Positions 6,771-13,550 of a stretch of 16,452 nucleotides of DNA are shown here, piece by piece. The position numbers and the translations under genes were made by a program. Source of the DNA: Ostreococcus tauri (Eukaryota); assembly GCA_000214015.2 (NCBI GenBank), contig CAID01000001.2, positions 775,461 through 791,912 of the forward strand, written 5' to 3'. Below the pieces are notes generated by a model. It did no database searches and had not been told where the DNA came from. It saw only the letters and a list, made by a program, of their open reading frames with translations. How positions within the stretch are numbered: the first letter of the stretch is position 1; each line of letters starts with the position of its first letter.

Positions 6771-8051
6771 CTAAGAACTATGTGTGTGCGCGTTTTGCTT
6801 CGACGAGATACCCCTGAATAGTGACGATGCCTTCGACACGAATCCAACGTTGTCGTCGCCGAGAGTGAACGGCGACGCAGTCGTGAGTGGAATGTCGTCA
6901 AAGTCTTCGTTTACGCGAGCGAAATTTCCGCGTTGCGTCCCCTTGGCATTGCTGTAATAGCGAAGAGCGGCCAGAAATGAAAGTAAGAGCAGCGTCAACA
7001 TGCCGAACTGCGCGAGCGTGGATACTTTTGCCACCATGATGCGACTGTTTCCAGTCGACCCCTTGGCGAGCGAAATGTCGCTGCACAGAATCTTCACGAA
7101 CTCGTCGCCGTTTTGCTCGAGAACGACGAACGACTTACCAACCACCGATACATCGCCACTTAGAGGCAGATTGCCGTCGGTGAACTGAAGGATCTTCTGG
7201 GAGAACACCTCGCTCTGTCGCGCAGACAGTTGGCCGACAGGACAGCTCTCAGCGAGTACATCGTCACGGTCGACGTCCGCGGCGCACAAATCCTTATCGA
7301 ATGGATTGAACACCGCCCCCACTTTCGAGCACGACGACCCAACGCCGACCGAACCGGAGTAAATCCCCCATCGAAACCGTTCAGGCGCCGCGTCCGCCTG
7401 CGCCCGGTTGACCAACTGCACGGTCACCCACGTGTCCGCCGTCGGATCGTCCGCCGCCTGCATCATCGTCACCACTCCAGATATTCTACTTAACGCCGTT
7501 CCGAGCGTCGCCTGCGCGTTCACCACGCCCTCGTCGCCGTCCGCCTCAATGCGTCCGCACGCCAGCGGCGTCGTCCCACCCGTGTGTCCGTCGTCGCCGC
7601 CCCGCCAAACCACGAGCGTGCGCCCCACCACGCTCCGTCGTCCCATCAGAGGCAAATCTCTGATCACAAAGGCATTCGTCGTCCCGCTCGCGCTCGATCG
7701 CACGGGTACTTTCGCCCGCGCGCTCACGTCTCCGACCGCTGAACCGCCCGCGGCGCGCGCTTCGTCTGGGTCATACACCCCCCCCACGCGCGCACGCTCG
7801 CACCCCATCCCCCCCAATTCGTGCACGACTAACCGCACGTCCGTCTCCGGTCCCTTGATCACCGCTCGCGCGCGCGTGACGTCGCCCTCGTACCGCTGCG
7901 CGAGCTCAATCGTGAATTCCATCGATCCATCGCTCGCGCGTCCGCTCGCGCGCGCGCGTCGTCCGTCCACCGTCCGCGCGCCGAGCGTCGCGATCGCGCA
8001 CGCGACGAGCGCCGCGCGCGCGATCGAGCGCCCGCGTCGACGCGCGCGCAT
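6771..8051 (-). CDS. Type-I membrane protein with two tandem Cu/Zn-superoxide-dismutase-like domains lacking most metal-binding histidines
   Basis: The first ATG is at 8051 (the track start at 8087 is GTG); TAG 6771-6773. Signal peptide MRARRRGRSIARAALVACAIATLGA. Domain 1 (about 7548-7922): VVHELGGMGCERARVGGVYDP ... AVGDVSA ... LPLMGRRSVVGRTLVVW ... PLACGRI. Compare SOD1 [24 protein letters not shown] ... HVGDLGN ... LSGDHCIIGRTLVVH ... RLACGVI. Domain 2 (about 7074-7526): WGIYSGSVGVGSSCSKVGAVFNPF ... LPLSGDVSVVGKSFVVL ... ILCSDI. One TM helix, LAQFGMLTLLLLSFLAAL (about 6963-7019), is followed by a ~60-aa tail. Confidence 0.8.
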   Translation of the reverse strand: MRARRRGRSIARAALVACAIATLGARTVDGRRARASGRASDGSMEFTIELAQRYEGDVTRARAVIKGPETDVRLVVHELGGMGCERARVGGVYDPDEARAAGGSAVGDVSARAKVPVRSSASGTTNAFVIRDLPLMGRRSVVGRTLVVWRGGDDGHTGGTTPLACGRIEADGDEGVVNAQATLGTALSRISGVVTMMQAADDPTADTWVTVQLVNRAQADAAPERFRWGIYSGSVGVGSSCSKVGAVFNPFDKDLCAADVDRDDVLAESCPVGQLSARQSEVFSQKILQFTDGNLPLSGDVSVVGKSFVVLEQNGDEFVKILCSDISLAKGSTGNSRIMVAKVSTLAQFGMLTLLLLSFLAALRYYSNAKGTQRGNFARVNEDFDDIPLTTASPFTLGDDNVGFVSKASSLFRGISSKQNAHTHSS

Positions 8052-8106
8052 GACGCGTCGCGCTTTCACGTCACGCGCCACCGCCACCGCGTCACTCTCT
8101 CGCGCG

Positions 8107-8904
8107 ATGGGCGCGCGCGAGTTCGCGAGAACCCTCGCCCGGGCCTCGGCCGCGCGCGCGCGCGCGTCGGCGACGTCGTCGTCCGTCGGCGCGCGTGAGA
8201 TGGAGCTCGCGGTGCGGACGCGGCGACGATGGGCGTCGTCGACGTCAACGCAACGTTATCGCTCCACGCCGAGCGCGTCGTCGTCGAAACCGGGCTCGCT
8301 GGAGACCGCGCGCGAGGTGAGCGATGAAGAGACGCTTCCCGCGGCGTCGATGTCGGGATGGCGCAGATTGGCGCTCACCCTGGGCGGGTACTTCAGCGAG
8401 GAGAGTCGACACGTCAGAGGAGGCGAGCGGCTGTACGCAGAGGTGAAGGCGGCGTCGTCGGAAGACGCGTTGTACGCCGCGCACGGGATCGAACGGACGT
8501 TTGCGAGGGATCATGCGGTGACGTGCCTGCACGTGTGGATGTGCCTGCAGCGGTTGCGCAGGGAGGGGGAGGATGGGAAGGATTTTAGTCAGATTTTTTA
8601 CGACGCGTTTCAGGACGACGTGGAGAGGCGCGTGCACGATGCGGGCGTTCGCGTTCGAGTGCGCAAGTGGTTGCAGGACCTCGAGAGAACGTTTTATGGC
8701 AATGCTGTGTCGTACGATAAGGCGCTCGAGCTCGGCGGAAGCGAACTCGCCAGGGCGTTGCATCGGAACGTGTACGACGGCGACGGAGACGTGGACAAAG
8801 CCAAGGCGCTCGAGCGATACGTCCGGCATCACGTCGCGTCGCTTGCGATCACGCCCACGTCGGCCGTGATCGACGGCCGTATTAGATTTCAGCGATTTAA
8901 TTAA
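8107..8904 (+). CDS. CBP3: Ubiquinol-cytochrome c reductase complex assembly chaperone CBP3 / UQCC1 homolog
   Basis: ATG 8107 (alternative in-frame ATG at 8200), TAA 8902-8904. It matches the Ubiq_cyt_C_chap pattern: TFARDHAVTCLHVWMCLQRLRREGEDGKDFSQIFYDAFQDDVERRVHDAGVRVRVRKWLQDLERTFYGNAVSYDKAL. The N-terminus is a basic presequence. The upstream part of track ORF 7408-8904 is antisense to the SOD-like gene and is not coding. Confidence 0.8.
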   Translation: MGAREFARTLARASAARARASATSSSVGAREMELAVRTRRRWASSTSTQRYRSTPSASSSKPGSLETAREVSDEETLPAASMSGWRRLALTLGGYFSEESRHVRGGERLYAEVKAASSEDALYAAHGIERTFARDHAVTCLHVWMCLQRLRREGEDGKDFSQIFYDAFQDDVERRVHDAGVRVRVRKWLQDLERTFYGNAVSYDKALELGGSELARALHRNVYDGDGDVDKAKALERYVRHHVASLAITPTSAVIDGRIRFQRFN

Positions 8905-8972
8905 CTGTACCGGTATCGATTTAGGCGCTTTCATTCTTCGTCTTTCCATGTCAGTTTTCGTCTCACAAACGT

Positions 8973-9995
8973 CTAATACGGTCGACCGAAACGCGGCTTG
9001 TCACCGCCGCGGTCGCCGCCACGATCGGGACCGCCGCGACCGCGGCCACCCCCGCGACCACCCCCGCGGCCACCGCCTCGGCCACCGCCTCGGCCACCCC
9101 CGCGACCGCCGCCTCGACCACCCCCGCGACCACCGCCTCGACCGACACGGCCGCCGCCGCGACCAGCGTCACGATCACCGCCACCAGGACGCTCTCTGGC
9201 CTGGCCGACGAACACCGGTTCCATTTCCGGTTTCGGAGCGTCGGGATCTTCACCGCGAGCGATTGCCGCCTGCCGTTCCTTCTCGACCTTCTCAGCCTTT
9301 TCCTTCTTCTTTTGCGCCATGTAATCAGACTTGTGCTGCGTCGTGAGCTTTGCACCGTCAAACTCCAAGTCATCTCGCGCCGCGACCACCCGCGCCTCCT
9401 CTTCGGATGAGAACTCAACAAAGATACTTCCGCGAAAGTCTTTGCTCTGCGCGTGTCTACGCAGACGAATCGACTGCACCTTTCCGACGGTGTTGAAGTA
9501 CTCCATCATCGAATCCATCGACGCCTCGCGAGAGAACGGCGCCGCGTACACGAACCGCTTATCCAGATCCTCAACCATCAATTTCCTGTACGCCTCCACG
9601 CCCTCATCCGTGGTGAGATCCGGCACGTGATCGCCGACCGTGAGCGACTTCCTCTTCACTCGCTTCCCGTCCGTCGCCTCCACGAGCGCGCTTCCCTCGA
9701 GCGCCGCCGCGATGCGCTCGATGTTCTTCACGTTTTCCTTACCCCCGTACGGCGCCAGAATATCGCGCATGCGAGAGAATCCAGCGATGAGCGCCAAATC
9801 AACCGCGCCTCCGTGTCCGTCTCGCGTCGCCCGAGCGACCTCTTCGAGCAAGAAACTGTCCCGAGGCAGGTTGGAGTCGCAAAAATAAAACTCAATCTGC
9901 TTCACAACCTTCTCCTTGGTGCTCTCGTCGAAGTCTTTGTCCTCCGCGCTCGCGTTCGCGCGCCATTCGTTCGTTCCGAAACGTTCATTCACCAT
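8973..9995 (-). CDS. La protein (La motif + RRM) with a C-terminal RGG/RGGG repeat tail
   Basis: ATG 9995, TAG 8973-8975, 340 aa. La motif: KVVKQIEFYFCDSNLPRDSFLLEEV. RRM: FVYAAPFSREASMDSMMEYFNTVGKVQSIRLRR...FRGSIFVEFSSEEEA. The tail contains 8 consecutive RGGG units plus degenerate flanking units. Confidence 0.88.
   Translation of the reverse strand: MVNERFGTNEWRANASAEDKDFDESTKEKVVKQIEFYFCDSNLPRDSFLLEEVARATRDGHGGAVDLALIAGFSRMRDILAPYGGKENVKNIERIAAALEGSALVEATDGKRVKRKSLTVGDHVPDLTTDEGVEAYRKLMVEDLDKRFVYAAPFSREASMDSMMEYFNTVGKVQSIRLRRHAQSKDFRGSIFVEFSSEEEARVVAARDDLEFDGAKLTTQHKSDYMAQKKKEKAEKVEKERQAAIARGEDPDAPKPEMEPVFVGQARERPGGGDRDAGRGGGRVGRGGGRGGGRGGGRGGGRGGGRGGGRGGGRGGGRGRGGPDRGGDRGGDKPRFGRPY
9036..9161 (-). 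repeat. 12-nt periodic coding repeat specifying (RGGG)n in the La tail
   Basis: The + strand reads ccacc[c/g]cc[g/t]cg[g/a] repeated. The units differ at synonymous positions (Arg as CGC/CGA/CGG, Gly as GGT/GGC/GGG) while the peptide stays RGGG. Confidence 0.85.
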
Positions 9996-10000
9996 CGCGC

Positions 10001-10018
10001 GTCGTCGTCGTCGTCGTC
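10001..10018 (-). repeat. (GAC)6 trinucleotide microsatellite in the presumed La 5' UTR
   Basis: The + strand is gtc x6 at 10001-10018, starting 6 nt upstream of the La ATG when read on the minus strand. Confidence 0.8.
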
Positions 10019-10099
10019 GAGGCGTGACGACCGCGCGCCCGCGGCGTCGCGCGACCGCCGCCGCCGATGCCCCAGATTTTTATGTCGCGAGACTCTTCT

Positions 10100-10133
10100 T
10101 GATTCATGAACCACGACGATGATTTCGTGAACC
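10100..10133. promoter_or_regulatory. Two copies of TGATT(T)C(A/G)TGAACC, each with a palindromic TTCnnGAA core, 20 bp apart in the La/PAF1 divergent promoter
   Basis: tgattcatgaacc at 10100-10112 and tgatttcgtgaacc at 10120-10133. Both sit in the only AT-rich island (about 10073-10160) of the 298-bp spacer. Confidence 0.35.
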
Positions 10134-10293
10134 CTATCGTATGTAGATACTGTTTAGAACCGTGTGGGCATCACGTCGTCGCAAAGGGGATTCCACGCGA
10201 TCTCCAGGGCGACGGGCGACGCGTCGACCGCACGCGTCGACGCGCTCGCTCGCTCGATCGATCGCGAACACCGAGCGCGGTCGTGCGCGCGGG

Positions 10294-11547
10294 ATGGCGG
10301 GCGCGCGTGCGCGGTCAAAGGCGGACGCGGGGTCTAAATCGAAGACAAAGTCGAAGAGCGCGGACGCGGAGAAAACCAAGCGCGGCGCGCGATCGGGCGA
10401 GAGGGGCGCCTCGGCGAGAGACGCGCCGTCGGTGACGGAGGAGAATCGATTGAGAAGAGACACGGCGTTTTTGTGTCACGTGCAGTTCAAGAATGACCTG
10501 CCACCGGTGCCGGTCGATTGGAAGATGCTCGCGACTAGGGTGGATCGCGGAGCGTTGGCGGAGTACTCGCCGTTGTCGCTGTACGACGGGATGCGGCGAA
10601 GAGGCGATTTTAGTGAAGATTTAGGGATTCCGATTGATCCGGCGCTGATGCGAGCGTATCGAGTGCCGACGGAGCGAGGGGTGCTGGATCCGGAAGATCA
10701 CGAGTTGTTATTGAACGCGGCGGAGCGGGAGACGAAGAGAAACACGGCGAACGGGGCGAGCGGCCGAGCCGCGAGCAGGCCGGACGCCTCGGACGCGCTG
10801 TGGTTGATGAACACGCAGTATATCTCTGCCGGGAAGATCAAGGCTCGCACGGGGCTGAGCGAGAAGGAAATGAAGCGGAGAAAGCTCGCGGCAAGCGGCG
10901 CGGAAGGCATGCCAGAGGATGAGCTCTCGTTCGAAGAGCAAGTGGACGCCACGTTCGAGGCGGCGAAGAAGCCGCCGGTGCACCCGACGATGAATGATAT
11001 GGAGGTGGTAGAAATCCTTCCGGTGTTTCCGGATTTCGAGCGTATGGCTCTGGAGTACGTGCGTTTGAACTTCGACGAGAACCAGGCAAAGGACGTTCCG
11101 TCGCTCACGGGCAAGTCAACCGAGATCGTCGAGAGTGCGCTCATCAACGGTGTTGTGAAACCTTTTGCGATCGAGAACGATTACGGAGAGACGGAAAGAT
11201 TCTTGTCGCTCATGCTTCCACAAGATCCGGAGGCGGCGGCGGCGCCAAACTTCCTCGAGGTCGACGGCGAACCCCGAGCGTACGACCACATCCGAGATTA
11301 CGTGTACAAGCTTCAACGCGACGATCCGGCTCAGGGCGGGGGTAACGTGTGCTTCTTCTTCAAGAAGGACAAGGTCACGTTTGTCGATCTCCAAACCAAG
11401 CTCACCCTGAGTAAAAGGAGCAAGCACTCCAAGGGAAAAGACGCGTTGGATTGGAAGCCGTCCAGGGTGACGCTCAAGAGACGCAGCATGACGGAGGAAG
11501 AGCGCGCCTCGCTCGAGGAGAAGCGCGCCAAGCTTCGGGCGACGTAA
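10294..11547 (+). CDS. PAF1: RNA polymerase II-associated factor 1 (PAF1 complex subunit; plant ELF7/VIP2 equivalent)
   Basis: The first ATG is at 10294 (the track start at 10162 is GTG); TAA 11545-11547; 417 aa. Matches to human PAF1 include FLCHVQFKNDLPPVPVDWKML ([21 protein letters not shown]), DLGIPIDPALMRAY...LDPEDHELL, WLMNTQYIS, and EEQVDATFEAAKKPPVHPTMNDMEVVEILPVFPDFE (ITAIEKTFEDAQ...KPRVTPVEVMPVFPDFK). The end reads FFFKKDKVTFVDLQTKLTLSKRSK. Confidence 0.88.
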   Translation: MAGARARSKADAGSKSKTKSKSADAEKTKRGARSGERGASARDAPSVTEENRLRRDTAFLCHVQFKNDLPPVPVDWKMLATRVDRGALAEYSPLSLYDGMRRRGDFSEDLGIPIDPALMRAYRVPTERGVLDPEDHELLLNAAERETKRNTANGASGRAASRPDASDALWLMNTQYISAGKIKARTGLSEKEMKRRKLAASGAEGMPEDELSFEEQVDATFEAAKKPPVHPTMNDMEVVEILPVFPDFERMALEYVRLNFDENQAKDVPSLTGKSTEIVESALINGVVKPFAIENDYGETERFLSLMLPQDPEAAAAPNFLEVDGEPRAYDHIRDYVYKLQRDDPAQGGGNVCFFFKKDKVTFVDLQTKLTLSKRSKHSKGKDALDWKPSRVTLKRRSMTEEERASLEEKRAKLRAT

Positions 11548-11696
11548 CGCGCGTGGCGAACGCGCGTGTTATCATTAGCGGAACGTGTGAGATTCAAACG
11601 AAAATCTTAGGAAAACATTACGCGACGCGCTTCGCGACCCTCGAGAGTCGTCGCTCTCAAAAATACCCGCGCGCCGCGCGTCCTCGAACTCAGACA

Positions 11697-12122
11697 TCAC
11701 TCCATCATAGCCCGCTCCAACTCCTCCTTGAGCGAACCATCCTTAAACGCTTCGACCGTGATGTCGCACCCTCCGAAGAACTCACCGCCGATGTACAACT
11801 GCGGAAAAGTCGGCCACGACGAGTACTCCTTCATCCCTTGCCTCAAATCCTCATTCGCCAAAATATCCACATCCGCGAACGGCACGTTCATGTTTTGTAA
11901 AATCTGCACGCACGTGTTCGAGAATCCACACCTCGGCGCCGCCTTCGTCCCCTTCATGAAGAGCACCACCTTGTTCTCCCGCACGAACGCGTCGACGGAT
12001 TCCCGCAGTTCGGGTCCCATCGCCCGCGTCGTCACCCGTCGCACCGCGCCGCGCGCGCGCGCGCGCACCCCCCCCCGCGCGCGCACCGGAGCGCACACCA
12101 TCGCCGCGCGCGCGGTGGACAT
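11697..12122 (-). CDS. Monothiol (CGFS-type) glutaredoxin with an organellar presequence (Grx5 / GRXS14-S15 class)
   Basis: ATG 12122, TGA 11697-11699, 141 aa. Diagnostic sequence: VVLFMKGTKAAPRCGFSNTCVQILQ ... EYSSWPTFPQLYIGGEFFGGCDI. The N-terminal ~35 aa are Arg/Ala-rich. Confidence 0.92.
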   Translation of the reverse strand: MSTARAAMVCAPVRARGGVRARARGAVRRVTTRAMGPELRESVDAFVRENKVVLFMKGTKAAPRCGFSNTCVQILQNMNVPFADVDILANEDLRQGMKEYSSWPTFPQLYIGGEFFGGCDITVEAFKDGSLKEELERAMME

Positions 12123-12199
12123 CGCGCCCGTCGAGCTCTCGCGCGCGCCGTCGTCGTCGCCCCGATGGGCCGCGGCGGACGTCGAGGCCCCGCGAGGGG

Positions 12200-12226
12200 A
12201 CTCGTCGACGAGTGATCACTCGTCGA
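12200..12226. promoter_or_regulatory. Composite palindrome ACTCGTCGACGAGTGATCACTCGTCGA (14-bp palindrome overlapping a 22-bp perfect palindrome)
   Basis: 12200-12213 actcgtcgacgagt is symmetric about the gtcgac centre. 12205-12226 tcgacgagtgatcactcgtcga is symmetric about tgatca. All pairs were checked base by base. It lies 78-104 bp from the glutaredoxin ATG. Confidence 0.6.
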
Positions 12227-13359
12227 TGTCCCGCACCCCACGCGGTGCGCGCACGGAGGGGGTCGGCGACGAGTCATCACTCGCGATGTCATCCACAGAC
12301 CCGTCGCCCATCCATCGCGCGCCCGCACACGCGCGCGATCGCGATCGACCGTCGCGCGGGGACGCGCGCGCGCGCGCGACGCGGGCGGTGATGCCCGCGC
12401 GGGCGCTCGCGCGCGGTGACCCGAGCGCGCGCGGCCGCGGACGCGCGCGCGTCGGGGCGACCGCGATGATGGGACGGTCGACGATGGCGCGGCCGACGCC
12501 GACGGGTCGCGCGGGCGACGACGCTCGGGCGTCGGATCGTGGCGCGGCGCGACGGAGAGGGGCTCGACGTCGCGCGGTGGCGGATCGAGACGTCGAACGC
12601 GAGCGAGACGAGCGGACGGGGGGGGAGATTGTCGCGCGCGCGGCGACGAAGGCGCGCGGAGGGGTGCGCGTGGCCGCGGCGACGGACGACGACGCGTTCG
12701 ACGTCGCGGCGAAGCTTCGAGCGACGGCGTTTTACGACGATTTGTTAGAGAGGGGTGAGATGCCGTTTCCGCCGAGGTTCACGGCGACGTTTCATCGAGA
12801 GTTCGCGCAGCGGGAGCGTCGCGCGCTCAGGGAGCGCACGTCCAGGCGCGTCGGACACGCGCTCGAGTCGAGGTGCTTCATGGCGGACGTCGACGGTGTG
12901 GGGTTGGCGGGGTGTCTCGATGTGAGCGTGCGTGAAGGACCGTGCGCGAGTCAGATCAATGGCGTGTGCGTGGCGGAGGGGACGTCGTACGCGTACATCG
13001 ACAACGTCGCGGTGGACGCGCGCGCGAGGCGTCGAGGCGCGGCGCGCTTGATGATGGAGAGCGCGAGCGACTTTATTCAAGAGCGCGGCATCACCGAGGT
13101 ATGGACACATGTTCACGCCGATAACACGGGCGCTCGGAAGCTGTATCACGCGTTCGGCTTCCGCGCGCCCGAAGGGACGTTTCCGGAAACCGGCTTGCCA
13201 AACTACTTCAGCGGCGATCGCCTCAAGGGATTGATACTCATGCGAGCGCCCGTACCCCTCGTTTTTGAACGTCGAGTGATTGAAGATAGTGTCTGCGAAT
13301 GCGGCGCGCGCTTCGACCGCGTTCAACAATGCATTTGCTTCAAGCCTCTGGCTCGTTGA
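12226..13359 (+). CDS. GNAT-family N-acetyltransferase (plastid-type) with a long low-complexity N-terminal region; start codon uncertain
   Basis: TGA at 13357-13359. GNAT motif A: YAYIDNVAVDARARRRGAARLMMESASDFIQERGITEVWTHVHADNTGARKLYHAFGF. In-frame ATGs downstream of the divergent glutaredoxin start are at 12226, 12286, 12391 and 12466. I list the longest model. The conserved domain only begins near 12670. The 5' part of track ORF 11728-13359 is antisense to the glutaredoxin. Confidence 0.75.
   Translation: MSRTPRGARTEGVGDESSLAMSSTDPSPIHRAPAHARDRDRPSRGDARARATRAVMPARALARGDPSARGRGRARVGATAMMGRSTMARPTPTGRAGDDARASDRGAARRRGARRRAVADRDVERERDERTGGEIVARAATKARGGVRVAAATDDDAFDVAAKLRATAFYDDLLERGEMPFPPRFTATFHREFAQRERRALRERTSRRVGHALESRCFMADVDGVGLAGCLDVSVREGPCASQINGVCVAEGTSYAYIDNVAVDARARRRGAARLMMESASDFIQERGITEVWTHVHADNTGARKLYHAFGFRAPEGTFPETGLPNYFSGDRLKGLILMRAPVPLVFERRVIEDSVCECGARFDRVQQCICFKPLAR
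12267..12290. promoter_or_regulatory. Second, degenerate copy of the 12206-12230 element (CGACGAGTCATCACTCGCGATGTC)
   Basis: It matches 12206-12230 at 23 of 25 aligned positions (one substitution, one 1-nt deletion) and lies 60-61 bp downstream. Both copies end in cgATGtc, with the ATG in frame with the GNAT ORF. Confidence 0.55.
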
Positions 13360-13550
13360 GAGGCTCTTACGCCCCCCCGGGACGTTTGCGAACACGTTCC
13401 CGTTGTACTTCGTTAATCGCTCGCGTGTACAATGCGCGCCGCCGCACGCTTTTTATATGACGCAATTTTAGTACATCAAAGGTTAGTACAGTCTTCATTC
13501 GTCGTCTCACACATGCTAATTCTACTGGTTCGTTTGCGGCTTCGCGCAAG

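Noticed and set aside
7408-8106. The upstream 230 codons of track ORF 7408-8904, and likewise 11728-12122 of ORF 11728-13359 and 13849-14399 of ORF 13849-15693.
   Set aside because: Each is an open frame antisense to a well-supported minus-strand gene (SOD-like, glutaredoxin, SNAPC1-like). Recognisable homology starts only after the divergent neighbour's start codon, so the real CDSs start at later ATGs.
9036-9161. Regular short repeats that could be taken for a CRISPR-like or minisatellite array (also the 39-bp pair at 1225-1302).
   Set aside because: The 12-nt period has no spacers and lies in frame within a eukaryotic CDS. The 39-bp element has only two abutting copies with no spacer. The whole context is eukaryotic nuclear DNA, with no cas-like genes.
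8998-9324. A plus-strand ORF encoding (PPRP)n, which looks like a proline-rich repeat protein.
   Set aside because: It is the reverse-complement reading of the La RGGG repeat. The La motif and RRM upstream on the minus strand make that the coding strand.
10219-10237. Two ACGCGT (MluI cell-cycle box-like) hexamers, each followed by CGAC and 13 bp apart, upstream of PAF1. Also GACGCGTC at about 8052-8059.
   Set aside because: CG-rich 6-mers like ACGCGT are expected often by chance in DNA of this composition and occur elsewhere in the window (for example near 515). MCB function is established in yeasts, not in this lineage.
12745-13395. A 216-aa minus ORF antisense to the GNAT gene, a 329-aa minus ORF (14656-15645) and a 302-aa minus ORF (14159-15067) antisense to JMJD5, and a 157-aa minus ORF (15788-16261) antisense to cathepsin X.
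   Set aside because: All are Arg-rich shadow ORFs with no motifs. The sense strands carry strong family signatures.
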